Part shown: in pieces, positions 16,638 through 27,547 of the stretch
Numbering within the stretch: position 1 is the first letter of the stretch
Layout: every line of letters starts with the position of its first letter
IMG/VR virus record: IMGVR_UViG_3300010362_000035
Coordinates: 1-44,739 of that record
Length of the DNA stretch: 44,739 nucleotides
Origin: a virus
Taxonomy: Duplodnaviria > Caudoviricetes
Reading direction: 5' to 3' (one strand)
Notes under the pieces: model-generated
Databases searched by the model: none
Told to the model about the DNA's origin: nothing
Seen by the model: the letters and a program-made list of their open reading frames with translations, nothing else
Position numbers and translations under genes: made by a program

Positions 16638-19336
16638 TAGCGCGCTACCACCTCGATGGTAAGGACGTTGAGGGTCATCGAGTTGTCCCAGCGCCAAGTC
16701 CCGCCGCCGCTCTGGAAGTAGTGCGAGAACGTATATGTCGTCGAGGCGGCGAGATCTACGTAGAAGGCTCCTCCGAAGGCGACGTAGGCCGTGCCGCCGG
16801 AGTGCCCGACGGCGATCTGGCGCATGTTGCGATTGCTCGCTGAGCTTGCCCAGCCGTCATAGTCGGCGACAGGCGCGGGGGAGATGGCGACGCCAGCCCC
16901 GGCCCAGTTCCACGCCGCATCGAGCGGATCCCACCTCTGCTTCCAGAGGACGCGCGCTCGAGTCGGGTAGGCGGGAGCGGCGTAGACGATCTGCCGCGCC
17001 GCCACGGCGTCGGTGTACTGCCCGCCGCTGGCGATGGTGCCGAAGCTCCCCGCCTGGCCTCCGGTCGAGCGGAAGTCGACGAAGGGCGTGCCGGGACTGC
17101 CCTGCGGGCCCTGGGAGCCCTGCGTGATGCGCGTGATCTCAAGCGCCCCGGACATCGCGCCGCTGGTGTTGGAGAAGATCTGGAGGGACATCCCCTCCCC
17201 GGCGTTGAGCCGCACGACCGCGGGATAGCCGCTGGCGATGCCGATCCCGGAGCCGCCCGTGATGACGCTGGTATCGAGCGCCTGGGCCGACTGGGCGTTC
17301 CCTCCGGCCCCGTAGTCGAGGCGCATCCAGAACCGCGTGTTGCTTCCCGGCGAGACGATCCGGGCTGAGACGAGATACGTGCCGGCGTCGCGGCATATGA
17401 CGGTCTGCCCGTCGGCGGCGACGGAGTAGGCGGCCGCATCGCCGCCCTTCTCCCCCAGCGCCATCGAGCACTTGAGGAAAGCGCCGGCCGTGGCGGTGCC
17501 GGAGACGGCCACCCGGACGAAGTTCGGGGGCGAGGTATTGACGGGCCCCGTAGGCCCCGTGGGCCCCGTAGGCCCGGCGGGCCCATCCGCGCCGGCGGGC
17601 CCCGGAGGGCCCTGGGGCCCCTGCGCCCCGACAAGCGCGCCGGCGGAGTCGATCTGCGCGCCCGTGACCTTGACGATCTGGGCGATGAGGACGTAGGGCG
17701 GCAGGTTGTTGTGGGCCGCCCCGGCGCTCAGCGCGGCGGCGTTCTGGATCGAGATCCCCGTCCCCGCCCATTCAGTAGCGCGCCCCGTGATGTTGGCCGG
17801 GAGCGTATCCGTGCGATTGAGGTACGTAAGCTGCGTGCTCGCCGCGCCGTTGAACTCGACCCGCTCGTACGTGGCGTGCTGGTGGGAGGGATCATTTACG
17901 CCGTGGGCATGGGCAGGCATCCCGGACTCGCTGGCCGTCAGGAGATGCGTCGCCTCGCCGCCCGCGCCGCCCTGCGTGGCGGCGTCCTGCGCCCCGTAGA
18001 TGAAGCGCCCCCGGAGATCCGGGATGTTGAAGTGCGAGGCGTCGGCGGAGCCGTACTTCGTGCCGATGGCGGCGAAGAGATCCGGGTAGGCGGCTCGATC
18101 AAGCGAGCGCCCGTCGGCCAGCATCCAGTTGGCCGGGATCGTGCTCCCGGAGTACGCTTTGACCGTCCCGATCTGGTCGGAGTCGTAGACGGTCCCCATC
18201 GGGCCCGTCGCGCCGGTGTCGCCCTTCGGGCCCTGCGCCCCGGTAGCGCCCGTTGGGCCAGGCGGGCCGGTAGCGCCCGTAGCGCCGGCGGGCCCGGTAG
18301 CGCCGGGATCGCCCTTGAGGCCCTGCGCGCCCGTATCCCCCTTCGGGCCCTGCGGGCCGGTAGCGCCCGTCGCTCCCGGATTGCCCTGCGCGCCCTGCGG
18401 GCCCTGCGCTCCGGGCGGCCCCTGGATCGAGCCGCCGCTGACCCATTGCGAGCCGTCCCAGATCCAGAGGGAGTCGTCGGCCTGGACGATGAAGGCGTCG
18501 CCCTGCTCATTGCCGGAGGGCGGGAGGTCGCCGGCGGTCGGCACGGAGCCCCGCATCGTGATTCCGGAGCCCGCCTCGCCCTGCGGCCCCTGGATGCCCT
18601 GCGGGCCCTGTCCCCCGGTAGCGCCAGGGGGGCCCGTAGCGCCGGGAGGGCCCGTAGCGCCCGTCGAGCCAGTAGCGCCGGTAGCGCCCGTAGGGCCAGG
18701 CGGGCCGGCAGGCCCGGTAGGCCCCGGAGGGCCCTGCGGGCCGGGCTGGCCGGGGACGACGAGAGAGACGCCCATCGGGCGGTTGTTGGCGGGCATCCCT
18801 CCTGGGCCCGACTGGCGATAGGCGACGGGGATGCTGACGTACGTGCCGTGGTCGGTAGCCGGGGCCAGCACGTCGAAGCTCCCCCAGATGTCCGGATCGT
18901 CGCTCTGCTTGAGCGCGAGGATCTGGCCGGGCTGGAGGCCGGCGAGATTGCTCTCGCCGCCCGCGGCGTTCTCCTTCGCGAGATTGACAATCGTGGCGGA
19001 AACCCAGCCGCTCGAATTGACCCCGACGCGCCCCTTCGCCGCGTCCGTCGTGGAGGTCGTCCAATTCCAGTCGCCGGAGACGATCGCTCCTCCCCCGCCG
19101 CCCGCGCCGGCGACGGGATGGACGACGAAGGGTGTGCCGACCTGGGAGCGGACGACGCAGACGCGGTCCCCGACGGCGGCGGCCTCTGAGCCTACGAGCG
19201 GCCCTAGTAGCTGCTGGGCTCCGTCGATGATCGCCCAGCGCTCGTCGCGCCGGAGCGTGAGCTCGCCCTCCAGCACATTGACCTCGCCGGGGCCCGTGGG
19301 CGGCGGGGCCGTGACCTGGTCGAGCGAGGGCGTCAA
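16637..19336 (-). CDS. Large collagen/tail-collar fibre or spike protein (about 899 aa)
   Basis: TTG start with GGAGG RBS overlapping the hub stop; three Gly-X-Y tracts; tail-collar motif; beta-rich C-terminal domains. Confidence 0.8.
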   Translation of the reverse strand: MTPSLDQVTAPPPTGPGEVNVLEGELTLRRDERWAIIDGAQQLLGPLVGSEAAAVGDRVCVVRSQVGTPFVVHPVAGAGGGGGAIVSGDWNWTTSTTDAAKGRVGVNSSGWVSATIVNLAKENAAGGESNLAGLQPGQILALKQSDDPDIWGSFDVLAPATDHGTYVSIPVAYRQSGPGGMPANNRPMGVSLVVPGQPGPQGPPGPTGPAGPPGPTGATGATGSTGATGPPGATGPPGATGGQGPQGIQGPQGEAGSGITMRGSVPTAGDLPPSGNEQGDAFIVQADDSLWIWDGSQWVSGGSIQGPPGAQGPQGAQGNPGATGATGPQGPKGDTGAQGLKGDPGATGPAGATGATGPPGPTGATGAQGPKGDTGATGPMGTVYDSDQIGTVKAYSGSTIPANWMLADGRSLDRAAYPDLFAAIGTKYGSADASHFNIPDLRGRFIYGAQDAATQGGAGGEATHLLTASESGMPAHAHGVNDPSHQHATYERVEFNGAASTQLTYLNRTDTLPANITGRATEWAGTGISIQNAAALSAGAAHNNLPPYVLIAQIVKVTGAQIDSAGALVGAQGPQGPPGPAGADGPAGPTGPTGPTGPVNTSPPNFVRVAVSGTATAGAFLKCSMALGEKGGDAAAYSVAADGQTVICRDAGTYLVSARIVSPGSNTRFWMRLDYGAGGNAQSAQALDTSVITGGSGIGIASGYPAVVRLNAGEGMSLQIFSNTSGAMSGALEITRITQGSQGPQGSPGTPFVDFRSTGGQAGSFGTIASGGQYTDAVAARQIVYAAPAYPTRARVLWKQRWDPLDAAWNWAGAGVAISPAPVADYDGWASSASNRNMRQIAVGHSGGTAYVAFGGAFYVDLAASTTYTFSHYFQSGGGTWRWDNSMTLNVLTIEVVAR

Positions 19337-21447
19337 GTCCCCCTCCAGTGCCTCGCCACGAAGCCGGCCGTCGAGCGCGTGCCCATTCGCAGGCGCGGGC
19401 CTCGATCCGCCGGCGGCGCGGCGTTGCGCCCCGTATCCGCGAACTTGCCGTTGCCCATGCCCTGAAACTCGATGAACGTATGCCCCGAATTGGCCCAGAC
19501 CGTCATGCGCTCGCCGGGACCCGGCTCCCCCCAGGACATAAGCCCGCCGGAGGTGGTGGCCGGCGAGCCGGGCTGAAAGCCCAGGCCGGCAGCGGCGAGG
19601 ATCGCGCAGACGTAGCCGGAGCAGTCGAAGCCGGGAGGCGGCCCGGAGTTCTTCGACGGCGTATTCGTCCCGGCGTCCGCCGTCCCGCATCGAGCATGCC
19701 CGCCGCCCCAGATGTAGGGCAGGGAGCGATCTGAGATCGCCTTCGCCTCCGCGTACGCCCTTCCCGTGGCGCTCGAGTCGGCGCGCTCGCCTCCGGAGCC
19801 GCCGCCCTCGATGGCGCTCTGGGCGCGCGAGGAGCGCTCCGCCGCGGGCTCCAGCTTCTCTTTCCCTGGCTGTTTGATCGTGACCTCCGCCGTCGGCTGG
19901 AACCAGTCGCGGCGCACGCTGGTGATGAGCCAGCGTCCGTCGGGCGGGCCGAAGCCGGAGAGCAGGACCACCGCGCCAGGCGGAGCGCCCCAGCGATCCA
20001 GCGCGACCGTGATCGTCGCCTCGCTGACCGGCTTCCCCCAGTCGACGTCGTAGGCGAGATCGAGGAGAAGCTCGCTCTCCTGCGTGATCTCATAGCGCGG
20101 CCGGCGGCGGAAGAGATCCTCCTCGCTCATGTAGTAGACGGCCTCGCCGACGACGAAGCATCGCCAGCCGACCTCCTCCGCGAGGCGCTGGATCGCCGCC
20201 CAGGAGTCCTCGTTGGCTTCGCGCGCGAACTGGTAGCTCTTGACGTAGGAGCCCCCGCCGGCGGCGGCGTCGCTCTCCGCGCTCGATGCGCCGCCCCAGG
20301 CGCGGACGGCGCGCTTGCTCTCCGCCTCCCATGCCCCGTAGCCGCCGACGCTGACCTGGACGGCCGTGATTGCGGCGGTGAAGCCGCCGGGAAGGCTCTT
20401 GAGGGAGCCGTGCTTCTTGAGCCAGCCGGGGGCCGTCCCCTTCCCCTTCGCCTGCGGCGTCCCGGAGAGCAGGAAGGCGTTCGTGACGAGGACGGGGTCC
20501 ATGACGTCGGAGGCCGGGATCCAGTTCCGCCCCTGCTGCATGATCCCTACGTCGTCGTTGCCCGTCATCGAGACCTGCTCGCCCATGACGCTCTCCTGCG
20601 TCGCGCAGGCGAGGCAGGCGGCCATCACGTCGGCGGAGCATCCCAGCCGCCCCGCCTCCGCCAGGATCCCCTCCATCCGCCCGCGCTGGGCGGCGCTCGC
20701 GGGCTTCCCCTTCACCGTGAGCTTCGCGCCGGCGGCGAACCCTCCCTGGCCGGGCTCGCTCGCGGCGGAGGAGGAGCCGTTGGAGGCGGCGCGGAGCGCC
20801 TGCGTCGTCGAGCGGCCCGCCTGCTGCTCTGAGGAGGCGGAGGCCGAATCGATGCGCTGGCGCACGTCGAGCTCAGGGCAGACGAAGGGCGGGCGGACGA
20901 GCTTGATCTCGCGGATGAGCGAGAGGATGAACTGCGCCCGCGTCACGCTCGCTCTGGAGGCCCGCCGCTGGCCCTTCTTCCGGCGCAGGAGGTAGACGAT
21001 GCGATCCTCGAAGGTCAGCGTGAGCTCCTGGCCGGCGTGGCTGTAGCTGACGGCGACGAGGCGGAAGACGGCCCCATCGAGCGTGACCTGCATCGCGCGG
21101 CCTACCACGTCCGGGCCCAGCATCGGCTCCCAGCCCTCGTCTACGTCGACGGGCTGGCGGCGGCTCTTGAGCGGCACGACCTTCGGGCGCATGCGGCGCG
21201 CCCATTGCGAGAAGAGGCGGCCCCCGGGATCGCGAAGCACCATCGTCAGCGTCGAGGCCCCCTCGACGGAGCGCTCGAGTTCGAGGCTCGTGATCGCCCC
21301 GCGCGCCTCCAGATCCGTGACGCGCCGATCGGTCCAATTCAGCACGAGGTCGGTCAGGTCGAGGGTAGGCGCGAGCCCTACGTTCTCCCAGCGCGCCCAT
21401 TGCGCGTCGCTCTTCCACGTCGAGGCCCGGTAGCGAGTGCGCGGCAT
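19333..21447 (-). CDS. Baseplate hub / tail-associated lysin with C-terminal NlpC/P60 domain
   Basis: Hub-like [18 protein letters not shown]; PYIWGGGH...GFDCSGYV...GHTF (Cys-His). Confidence 0.85.
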   Translation of the reverse strand: MPRTRYRASTWKSDAQWARWENVGLAPTLDLTDLVLNWTDRRVTDLEARGAITSLELERSVEGASTLTMVLRDPGGRLFSQWARRMRPKVVPLKSRRQPVDVDEGWEPMLGPDVVGRAMQVTLDGAVFRLVAVSYSHAGQELTLTFEDRIVYLLRRKKGQRRASRASVTRAQFILSLIREIKLVRPPFVCPELDVRQRIDSASASSEQQAGRSTTQALRAASNGSSSAASEPGQGGFAAGAKLTVKGKPASAAQRGRMEGILAEAGRLGCSADVMAACLACATQESVMGEQVSMTGNDDVGIMQQGRNWIPASDVMDPVLVTNAFLLSGTPQAKGKGTAPGWLKKHGSLKSLPGGFTAAITAVQVSVGGYGAWEAESKRAVRAWGGASSAESDAAAGGGSYVKSYQFAREANEDSWAAIQRLAEEVGWRCFVVGEAVYYMSEEDLFRRRPRYEITQESELLLDLAYDVDWGKPVSEATITVALDRWGAPPGAVVLLSGFGPPDGRWLITSVRRDWFQPTAEVTIKQPGKEKLEPAAERSSRAQSAIEGGGSGGERADSSATGRAYAEAKAISDRSLPYIWGGGHARCGTADAGTNTPSKNSGPPPGFDCSGYVCAILAAAGLGFQPGSPATTSGGLMSWGEPGPGERMTVWANSGHTFIEFQGMGNGKFADTGRNAAPPADRGPRLRMGTRSTAGFVARHWRGT

Positions 21448-21451
21448 GGGC

Positions 21452-22153
21452 CTACTTCTTCGCCGGCTTCCGCTTGACCGTCTTGCGCGCCGGCTTGACC
21501 AGCACGGGGACGCGGATCCGCGTGCCGGGCTTGAGCGCCTGCTTCGCCCCCTTCGTGATCAGCGCCTTGTTGAGGTCGCGGATCTCCGTCCATTTGCAAC
21601 GGCGCTTGCGCGCGATGCTGGCCGGCGTATCGCCCTTCCGGACCGTGTAGATCGTCGTCTTGCCCTTCGCCCCCTGCCGCGCCTTCGCGCGGATCTGGAC
21701 GTACTCCGGGGGGACGTATTCGACGAAGGAGAGCGTGAGATCCTGCCGCGTCCGGGAGAAGTCGCTCGTCCGGCGGATCACGGCATCCCCGGGCTCGATG
21801 CCGTTCAGCACCCACTCGTCGGCGGGGAGCCAAGGGATCCCGTCGATATCCCACGTCGAGGGCTCGCTCTCCTCGTCGCCGCGGGCCGCCGCGAGCAGCG
21901 CCCGGAGATCCGGCTCCTGCGAGTAGCCGCCGCCCTGCGTGCCGGGATCCCAGCCGTCGAGCATGACGGAGATCTCCAGCGCGAAGGGGTCCGTCCCCTG
22001 CCAGATCGTCATCGCGCTCTGCCGGGGCCGCGCGACCGTCTCCCAACCGCCGACGCCGCCCGTGATCTTCGGGGGGCTCTCCCCCAGGAGGTACGTGCGG
22101 TCGAAGACGGGGTCGGAGCAGCGGAGGCGAACGGAGCCGGGGGCTATGGGCAT
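21452..22153 (-). CDS. Tail tube initiator with C-terminal LysM
   Basis: YTVRKGDTPASIARK...EIRDLN...LKPGTRIRVP; position after the tape measure. Confidence 0.85.
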   Translation of the reverse strand: MPIAPGSVRLRCSDPVFDRTYLLGESPPKITGGVGGWETVARPRQSAMTIWQGTDPFALEISVMLDGWDPGTQGGGYSQEPDLRALLAAARGDEESEPSTWDIDGIPWLPADEWVLNGIEPGDAVIRRTSDFSRTRQDLTLSFVEYVPPEYVQIRAKARQGAKGKTTIYTVRKGDTPASIARKRRCKWTEIRDLNKALITKGAKQALKPGTRIRVPVLVKPARKTVKRKPAKK

Positions 22154-22154
22154 C

Positions 22155-23843
22155 TCAGCGCCTCGCCGCCTGGTCGGAGGTTGCCTGCGCAACGGCCGTC
22201 ATGATGAGCCGGCGGTCGAGGAAGAACTGGGCCGTGGTATGCGGCGAGCTCGAGCCCGGCTCGACGGGCGAGAGCGCGGAGGGGCGCAGGGGCGTGATCC
22301 TCGTGCCGGGCCGGAAGGTGGCAAGCTCCGGGCCGCGCTCGCCAACGATTGTGGCGCGCTCGCGGGGCTGGACGATACCGCCGTGCTGGCGGAGCCCCAG
22401 GAAGCCCGTGACGGCCTTCCCGATCTTCCCCCCGGGGACAAGGCCCTTGACGGCGTCGACGATGGCTCCCGGCGCGCTCTTGATCCCGTCGACGATGGCG
22501 CGCACGATGTTCTTCCCCAGATCGAGGAAGCCGCGCACGAGCGCGCGGGCCCGCCCGACGGCTGAGGAGAAGGCGCGGGAGAGCGCCCCGGAGATCGCGC
22601 CGGCGAGGCGCTGGATCGCCCGCCAGGCGCTCGATGCCGCGCTCTGCAACGTATGGAAGGCTCCGACGACGGCCCCCTTGATTGCGGCGTCGACCTTGAG
22701 GAGCCAGCGATTGAGCGCGATGACGCCGTTGACGAGCGAGCGGATCGCCCCGACGATGATCCGGATGACGCGGATGAGGATCCGGATCACCGTGCCGATG
22801 ATGCGTAGCTCGATGGCGAGATATCGGAAGGTGATGACCAGCGTCGCCCCGACGACCACGGCCAGGATCTTGAGGACGGGGATGAGGTACTTCGCGTTCT
22901 GGAAGATCGGGCGGAGCGCCCAGACGAAGTTCTTTGCGGCCGCCGCAATGGCGTCGAATACGGGCTGTAGCGCCTTGAGGGCCTGGCCGATGGCGCGCGC
23001 CCCCGCCCCGCCCTTCGAGAAGAACGGCCCCAGCTTGAGGAGCCAGCCGCTCACCTTCTCCAGCGCCGGCGCGAGCAGGCCCCCGACGTTCTCCTGCAAA
23101 TTGCCGAAGGCGACCTTGAGGCGATCGGCGTTCGTGGCCTGCGCCTTCGCGCTCCCCCCGAACTCCTTGTTGAGCTCGCGGAGGATGAGCCGCTGGGCCT
23201 GGACCGTCTTGCCCTCGTCGACGAAGCGCTTGATCCGCTTCTGCTGGCCCTCGTCGAAGGAGACGCCGACGCGCCGCAGGGCCGTGATCCCCTTGACGGG
23301 GTCGTTGAGCGCCTTCCCTAGCTGGATGGCCGCCTGCTGAGGCTCCGTCCCCAGCGCCGTGCTCATATCGAGGAGCGTCTTCGTCGACTGGTTGAAGATG
23401 TCGTTGCCCTTCCCCGCCTGGTTCTGGATCTTCGTGAAGGTCAGGAGGAGGTTCTGCCCGCTCTGGATCGCTTCGTCGTCGATCCCGGTCTGCTGCGAGA
23501 GCGAGCCGGCGAGATTGCTGACCTGCTGGGCCGTGACGCCTGCGGCCCCGCCCGTGCTCTTGATCGCCGCCGCCGTCTGCTGGCCGATCTTCCACGACTC
23601 CCGGAAGGCCTTGACGGCGTCGACGCCGAACTTCGCCGCCATGATCCCGCCGCCCACGGCCGCGCCGGCGGCGAGGGGGCCGACCTTGCCGATGGCCTTC
23701 CCCAGCCGCCCCGTCGGCTTCTCCGCCCGCCCGCCGGCAACGCCGATGTCCTTGACGCTCGCCGCCGCGCCGCGCGCCTGCGCCTGGAAGGCGGCGGCCC
23801 CCGCGAGGCGAAGCTCGATGATGATCGCCTCGTTGGCGGGCAT
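22155..23843 (-). CDS. Tape measure protein
   Basis: Ala/Gly-rich helical; AIQLGKALNDPVKGITALRRVGV motif; C-terminal GERGPEL. Confidence 0.9.
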   Translation of the reverse strand: MPANEAIIIELRLAGAAAFQAQARGAAASVKDIGVAGGRAEKPTGRLGKAIGKVGPLAAGAAVGGGIMAAKFGVDAVKAFRESWKIGQQTAAAIKSTGGAAGVTAQQVSNLAGSLSQQTGIDDEAIQSGQNLLLTFTKIQNQAGKGNDIFNQSTKTLLDMSTALGTEPQQAAIQLGKALNDPVKGITALRRVGVSFDEGQQKRIKRFVDEGKTVQAQRLILRELNKEFGGSAKAQATNADRLKVAFGNLQENVGGLLAPALEKVSGWLLKLGPFFSKGGAGARAIGQALKALQPVFDAIAAAAKNFVWALRPIFQNAKYLIPVLKILAVVVGATLVITFRYLAIELRIIGTVIRILIRVIRIIVGAIRSLVNGVIALNRWLLKVDAAIKGAVVGAFHTLQSAASSAWRAIQRLAGAISGALSRAFSSAVGRARALVRGFLDLGKNIVRAIVDGIKSAPGAIVDAVKGLVPGGKIGKAVTGFLGLRQHGGIVQPRERATIVGERGPELATFRPGTRITPLRPSALSPVEPGSSSPHTTAQFFLDRRLIMTAVAQATSDQAARR

Positions 23844-24032
23844 CTACCGGCCTCGCTTGATCGCTTCCGCGTAGGCGTTGACGGCCTCTACCGCCATTGC
23901 GCGCATCCAGCGCCGCTGGTGCTCGATGGCCTCCGGGACGGCGGCGAGAAGGATCTCGCGCTCAATCGGGCCGGCGCGGAGGATCGCGCTGGGGGAGATC
24001 CCGCAGGAGGCGGCGATGCCCAGATCCGTCAT
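23844..24032 (-). CDS. Tail assembly chaperone, frameshift extension (gpT-like)
   Basis: In the -1 frame relative to the upstream chaperone, behind GGGGGAA. Confidence 0.7.
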   Translation of the reverse strand: MTDLGIAASCGISPSAILRAGPIEREILLAAVPEAIEHQRRWMRAMAVEAVNAYAEAIKRGR

Positions 24033-24553
24033 CCACCCGGCGCTTCCCCCAGGCCCGGCACCTCCACGGGCTGGCGCATCCAGTCGAGGAGGCGCGAGGC
24101 GTGGGCGTCGATGGCGAGCGCGTTCCCTCCGAAGAGGCGCAGGATGACGTCGCGGGCCGTCGGCTCGAAGCCCTCCGGGAAGGAGAGGTCGAGGAGGCGC
24201 GCCAGGCGGGCGTCGAGGCGGCAGGGCGGCTCGCCCTCCGCGGCAAGCTCCCCGCCGGCGCGATCAATGAGGCAGACGCAGGCCTGCGCCATGAGATCCA
24301 TCGAGGAGTCCGTGCTGGAGATGTCCGCGAGCTCGCCGCCCTTGTCGATGATCCGGGCGCGCTTGGCGACGTAGCGGTCCATCTGGTCGGGATTCAGCGG
24401 GCGATACCGGATCGAGAGCAGGCCGGCGAAGGCCCCGCCGACGGGGATCTCGATCCGCTGCTCCTCCTGCTGGGCCGCCGCCGCGCGCTGTAGCTGCGCG
24501 AGGATCGAGCCCGGGGCCCCCTCGACCTCGATCTCCTCAAGCTCCCCGCTCAT
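24029..24553 (-). CDS. Tail assembly chaperone (gpG-like)
   Basis: Between tube and tape measure; slippery site at the 3' end. Confidence 0.75.
   Translation of the reverse strand: MSGELEEIEVEGAPGSILAQLQRAAAAQQEEQRIEIPVGGAFAGLLSIRYRPLNPDQMDRYVAKRARIIDKGGELADISSTDSSMDLMAQACVCLIDRAGGELAAEGEPPCRLDARLARLLDLSFPEGFEPTARDVILRLFGGNALAIDAHASRLLDWMRQPVEVPGLGEAPGG
24044..24050 (-). other. Programmed -1 ribosomal frameshift site GGGGGAA
   Basis: CTG GGG GAA; a -1 slip reads GGA AGC GCC GGG TGG ATG into 23844..24032. Confidence 0.7.
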
Positions 24554-24996
24554 GCCGCCACGATGTTGGCGATGGTGCATTCGATCTCGACCAGCGCCGG
24601 ATCGTTGCCGCTCGAGTCGTGGTCGGGCATCTGGACGCTCTTGAGCGTGCCTGTCGCCGTCACGGGATTGCCGCGGGCGTTGCCGTCGATATCGAGCGCC
24701 TGCTGGCCGATGGCGATCACGGCGCGCCCCCTCCTCGTCAGGAGGTAGCTCATCGAGGGCAGATCCCGGCCCCAGTCGAACTCCCGGGAGAGCGTGATGT
24801 TCTCATGCGTCTGGCGGCCGCCCAGGCTCACCTCCTGGGCCATCCCACCGGGTGGGTACTTCGCCTCCTCTGAGTCGGCGTTCCCGCCCGTCTTCCGATC
24901 CCAGACCCCGAAGTCGATGTCCTCGACGCGGAGCGTAATGAGCCACGTATCCTCGCGCGTCGGGCGCGAGAGCGGCTGGTTGAACGGCCCGGCCAT
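24550..24996 (-). CDS. Tail tube protein (T4 gp19-like)
   Basis: 148 aa, directly after sheath; LGGRQTHENITLSR...PDHDSSGNDPALVEIE. Confidence 0.8.
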   Translation of the reverse strand: MAGPFNQPLSRPTREDTWLITLRVEDIDFGVWDRKTGGNADSEEAKYPPGGMAQEVSLGGRQTHENITLSREFDWGRDLPSMSYLLTRRGRAVIAIGQQALDIDGNARGNPVTATGTLKSVQMPDHDSSGNDPALVEIECTIANIVAA

Positions 24997-25010
24997 CTCC
25001 TACTCCTCTC

Positions 25011-26447
25011 TCAGACCGCCCGATCGAGCGGCACCTTCGTGATCGGGATATCCACCCATTCCGCGACCTTCGACGTCTTGACGCGGACGACAGCCACGAC
25101 CTCGCCGGCGGCGGCCTCGATGACGGTATTGACCTCCGCGACCATGACGCGGAAGGCGTCCGCCGGCGTAGCCCCGTACAGGGCGTCCATGTCGTAGTAG
25201 CGCGTGCAGATCGCGATGAGATCCTTCGCGAGCTTGCTGTAGAGATGCCCGCGCCCGTCGATGGGCTCGAAGAGGTAGGGCTGGGCGGCGACGTCGCACT
25301 CATGCGCGATCGCCATCACGACCCGGCTCTCCCCCAGGAACATCCAGTTCGTCTCCGGGCCCGCCGCCGCCGTCCGGTAGCCGTACGTCTCGATGGCCCC
25401 ATAGACGACTTTGCCCAGGTTGATCCCCTGGTCGTTCATCTCCTCGTGCGCCTCGTCGCTCCACTCGTAGAGGAGCGCCAGCGTCCCGTTGTGGGCGGAG
25501 CGATCTCCAGCCGCGCTGACGGCGGGGTTGCCGGCGGCGTCTACGCGCGCGATGAGGCCCGCCTGGACGGCGCTGTAGGGCACGATGGTCGTCGCCGGGG
25601 AGACCTGCCCCGGGTAGCTGAGCCAGGGCGCGAAGAGGCCCGCGTAGCGGCTCTCTAGCGTCGGCTGGATCGCCTGGATGGCGGCCTCAAGCTCCGTCTG
25701 CGAGCCCGTGTTCGGGGCGTCGAGGAGGGCGACGCGATGATGGCTCGCGGCATGCTCGACGAGCGCCTGGTGGACGGCGGGCGTCGAGAGGCCGGGCGCG
25801 AGGATCTGGCCGGGGCCCAGTTGGTAGCCGAAGGCGTCCCCGGCGCTCGCGACGGTCGCTTCGCTGACGGTGTCGTCGGAGACGCCTCCCGCGAGCGTGA
25901 GCGTCGCGCCGGCGGCGGGCATCGCCGCGGTCGGATCCTCCGGCGCGAAGCGGACGAAGGAGGAGTAGCGCGTCGCCCAGGCGACGGCGTCGGCCTGCGT
26001 CGCGAGCGCTGGTGAGCGCTCGACCTCCGTCCCGGCGGGCTCCTCGATGACGAGGACGACGGAGCCGGCGGGAGAGCCGGCGGGCGGCGCGGCGGTCGAG
26101 ACGGCTACGTCGTTCGCCCAGTCGCCGGGGGAGGCGGCCTCCGTCTGGAGCCCGGAGTCCGTGCCAAGCTCGCCGCTCGCCGCGACGGCCGTCGGGCCGG
26201 AGAGGCGGCTGACGTACAGGCTTCCGCCGGCGGGCGCGGCCTCCTGGAAGAAAGCCATCACGGAGTCGCGCAGCACGGAGGGCGAAGAGCCGAACTTGTT
26301 GTGGTAGTCGCGGAGCGAGAGGACGCGCGTAGCGCCCAGCGGCCCGCGGTCTGAGATACCGATCATGTAGGCCTGGCCGGTATCCAGTTGGATCGTCCCC
26401 CTGGGGGAGTCCTCCTCGATATGAACTGTGACGCCGGGGCGCGGCAT
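25011..26447 (-). CDS. Tail sheath protein
   Basis: MPRPGVTV, DRGP, RVALLDAP, PYSAVQAGLIARVD, C-terminal FEPID...VNT. Confidence 0.9.
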   Translation of the reverse strand: MPRPGVTVHIEEDSPRGTIQLDTGQAYMIGISDRGPLGATRVLSLRDYHNKFGSSPSVLRDSVMAFFQEAAPAGGSLYVSRLSGPTAVAASGELGTDSGLQTEAASPGDWANDVAVSTAAPPAGSPAGSVVLVIEEPAGTEVERSPALATQADAVAWATRYSSFVRFAPEDPTAAMPAAGATLTLAGGVSDDTVSEATVASAGDAFGYQLGPGQILAPGLSTPAVHQALVEHAASHHRVALLDAPNTGSQTELEAAIQAIQPTLESRYAGLFAPWLSYPGQVSPATTIVPYSAVQAGLIARVDAAGNPAVSAAGDRSAHNGTLALLYEWSDEAHEEMNDQGINLGKVVYGAIETYGYRTAAAGPETNWMFLGESRVVMAIAHECDVAAQPYLFEPIDGRGHLYSKLAKDLIAICTRYYDMDALYGATPADAFRVMVAEVNTVIEAAAGEVVAVVRVKTSKVAEWVDIPITKVPLDRAV

Positions 26448-26450
26448 CGG

Positions 26451-27200
26451 CTACCTCCTGGGGGGTATCTGGTCGCCGGGGCGATCCTCGCTGAGCGAGG
26501 CATCGAGCGGCGTCTTCTGGATGCGGGGCTGGACCTCCTGCACGGCCGGCCACTTCGGGCTCTCCGGATCCTCGCCGTCTGGGGGCGGGCCCAGCGGCTC
26601 CGCCGGCCCGCGGCCCCACTCGACGACGCGCGGCACCTCGACCGTCGCGAGGACGGCGGCGAGATGCGTCGAGCGATCCGAAGTCGAGGCGAGCTCCGTG
26701 TAGCGCTCGCCCTGCACATCGATCATGCCCAGCACCTTCCCCTCGTCGCGCTTCTGGACGAGGGCTCCGCGCAGGGCCGTGCAATAGATCTGAGCGGCGA
26801 GACGTGGAGTAGGCGTCGCGCCGTTGGCGGCCTTGAGGGAGCGCGTCACGGTCTGGACGCCGATCTCCATCGCCCAGCGCCAGGTCTGGAGATGCGAGGT
26901 AGCGCCGCCGCCTTTGCGGAGAGCCTCAGCGGAGAGGGAGCGAACTACCACAGCCGGGTGCTGGTCCTCTGGCATGTTCTCCATCTCTGAGGACACCCGG
27001 TAGGAGCGGATCTGCGGGTACGTCCCCGGCGCGAGGCCGGCGCGGCGGGAGATCTCTGAGACGTACGTCCAAGCCCACGTCTTGAGGATCGCCACCACGG
27101 CTCCCTCCACGTCATGCGCCCCGATCTGGGGCCCGAATACCTCAAGGGGGTCGTCGTAAGGATCCGGGCCCCAGGCATCGGGGAAGCTCTGGGCGCTCAT
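26451..27200 (-). CDS. Putative tail terminator / neck protein
   Basis: Position between neck genes and sheath. Confidence 0.55.
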   Translation of the reverse strand: MSAQSFPDAWGPDPYDDPLEVFGPQIGAHDVEGAVVAILKTWAWTYVSEISRRAGLAPGTYPQIRSYRVSSEMENMPEDQHPAVVVRSLSAEALRKGGGATSHLQTWRWAMEIGVQTVTRSLKAANGATPTPRLAAQIYCTALRGALVQKRDEGKVLGMIDVQGERYTELASTSDRSTHLAAVLATVEVPRVVEWGRGPAEPLGPPPDGEDPESPKWPAVQEVQPRIQKTPLDASLSEDRPGDQIPPRR

Positions 27201-27547
27201 GGCGAGATGAGATCCCTCGCGACGCGCCTCGATACCGCTCCGACGAGCGCGTCCTCATTGACCTGCGGGGGCCGCGCCTCCTGCCGGCGCGTCCCGTACC
27301 AGACGAAGCGCGCGTAGGGCACGTCGGAGACGAGGCGCAGGCGGTCGGCTTCGGCCTCCGGGATCGTCCGCGCGAGGCTCGCGGAGAGCTTCCCCGTCCG
27401 ATTCGTCCAGTCGCCGGGAGCGGCGACGCCGGGGCTGTCGGCGGCGCTCTGGAGCGTCGAGGACTGGTCCTGGGCTTTCCGGCCAGCGCGCAGGATCACG
27501 GCGGCGGCCCGCTCGTCGCCCTCGACGCTGACGGCCCCGCTAGGCAC
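27197..27547 (-). CDS. Neck protein (HK97 gp10-like)
   Basis: RTGKLSASL...VPYARFVWYGT motif. Confidence 0.7.
   Translation of the reverse strand: MPSGAVSVEGDERAAAVILRAGRKAQDQSSTLQSAADSPGVAAPGDWTNRTGKLSASLARTIPEAEADRLRLVSDVPYARFVWYGTRRQEARPPQVNEDALVGAVSRRVARDLISP

Noticed and set aside
18200-18760. 9-bp-periodic repeats as a CRISPR or DNA repeat array
   Set aside because: They are collagen Gly-X-Y codons; no repeat-spacer structure and no cas operon.
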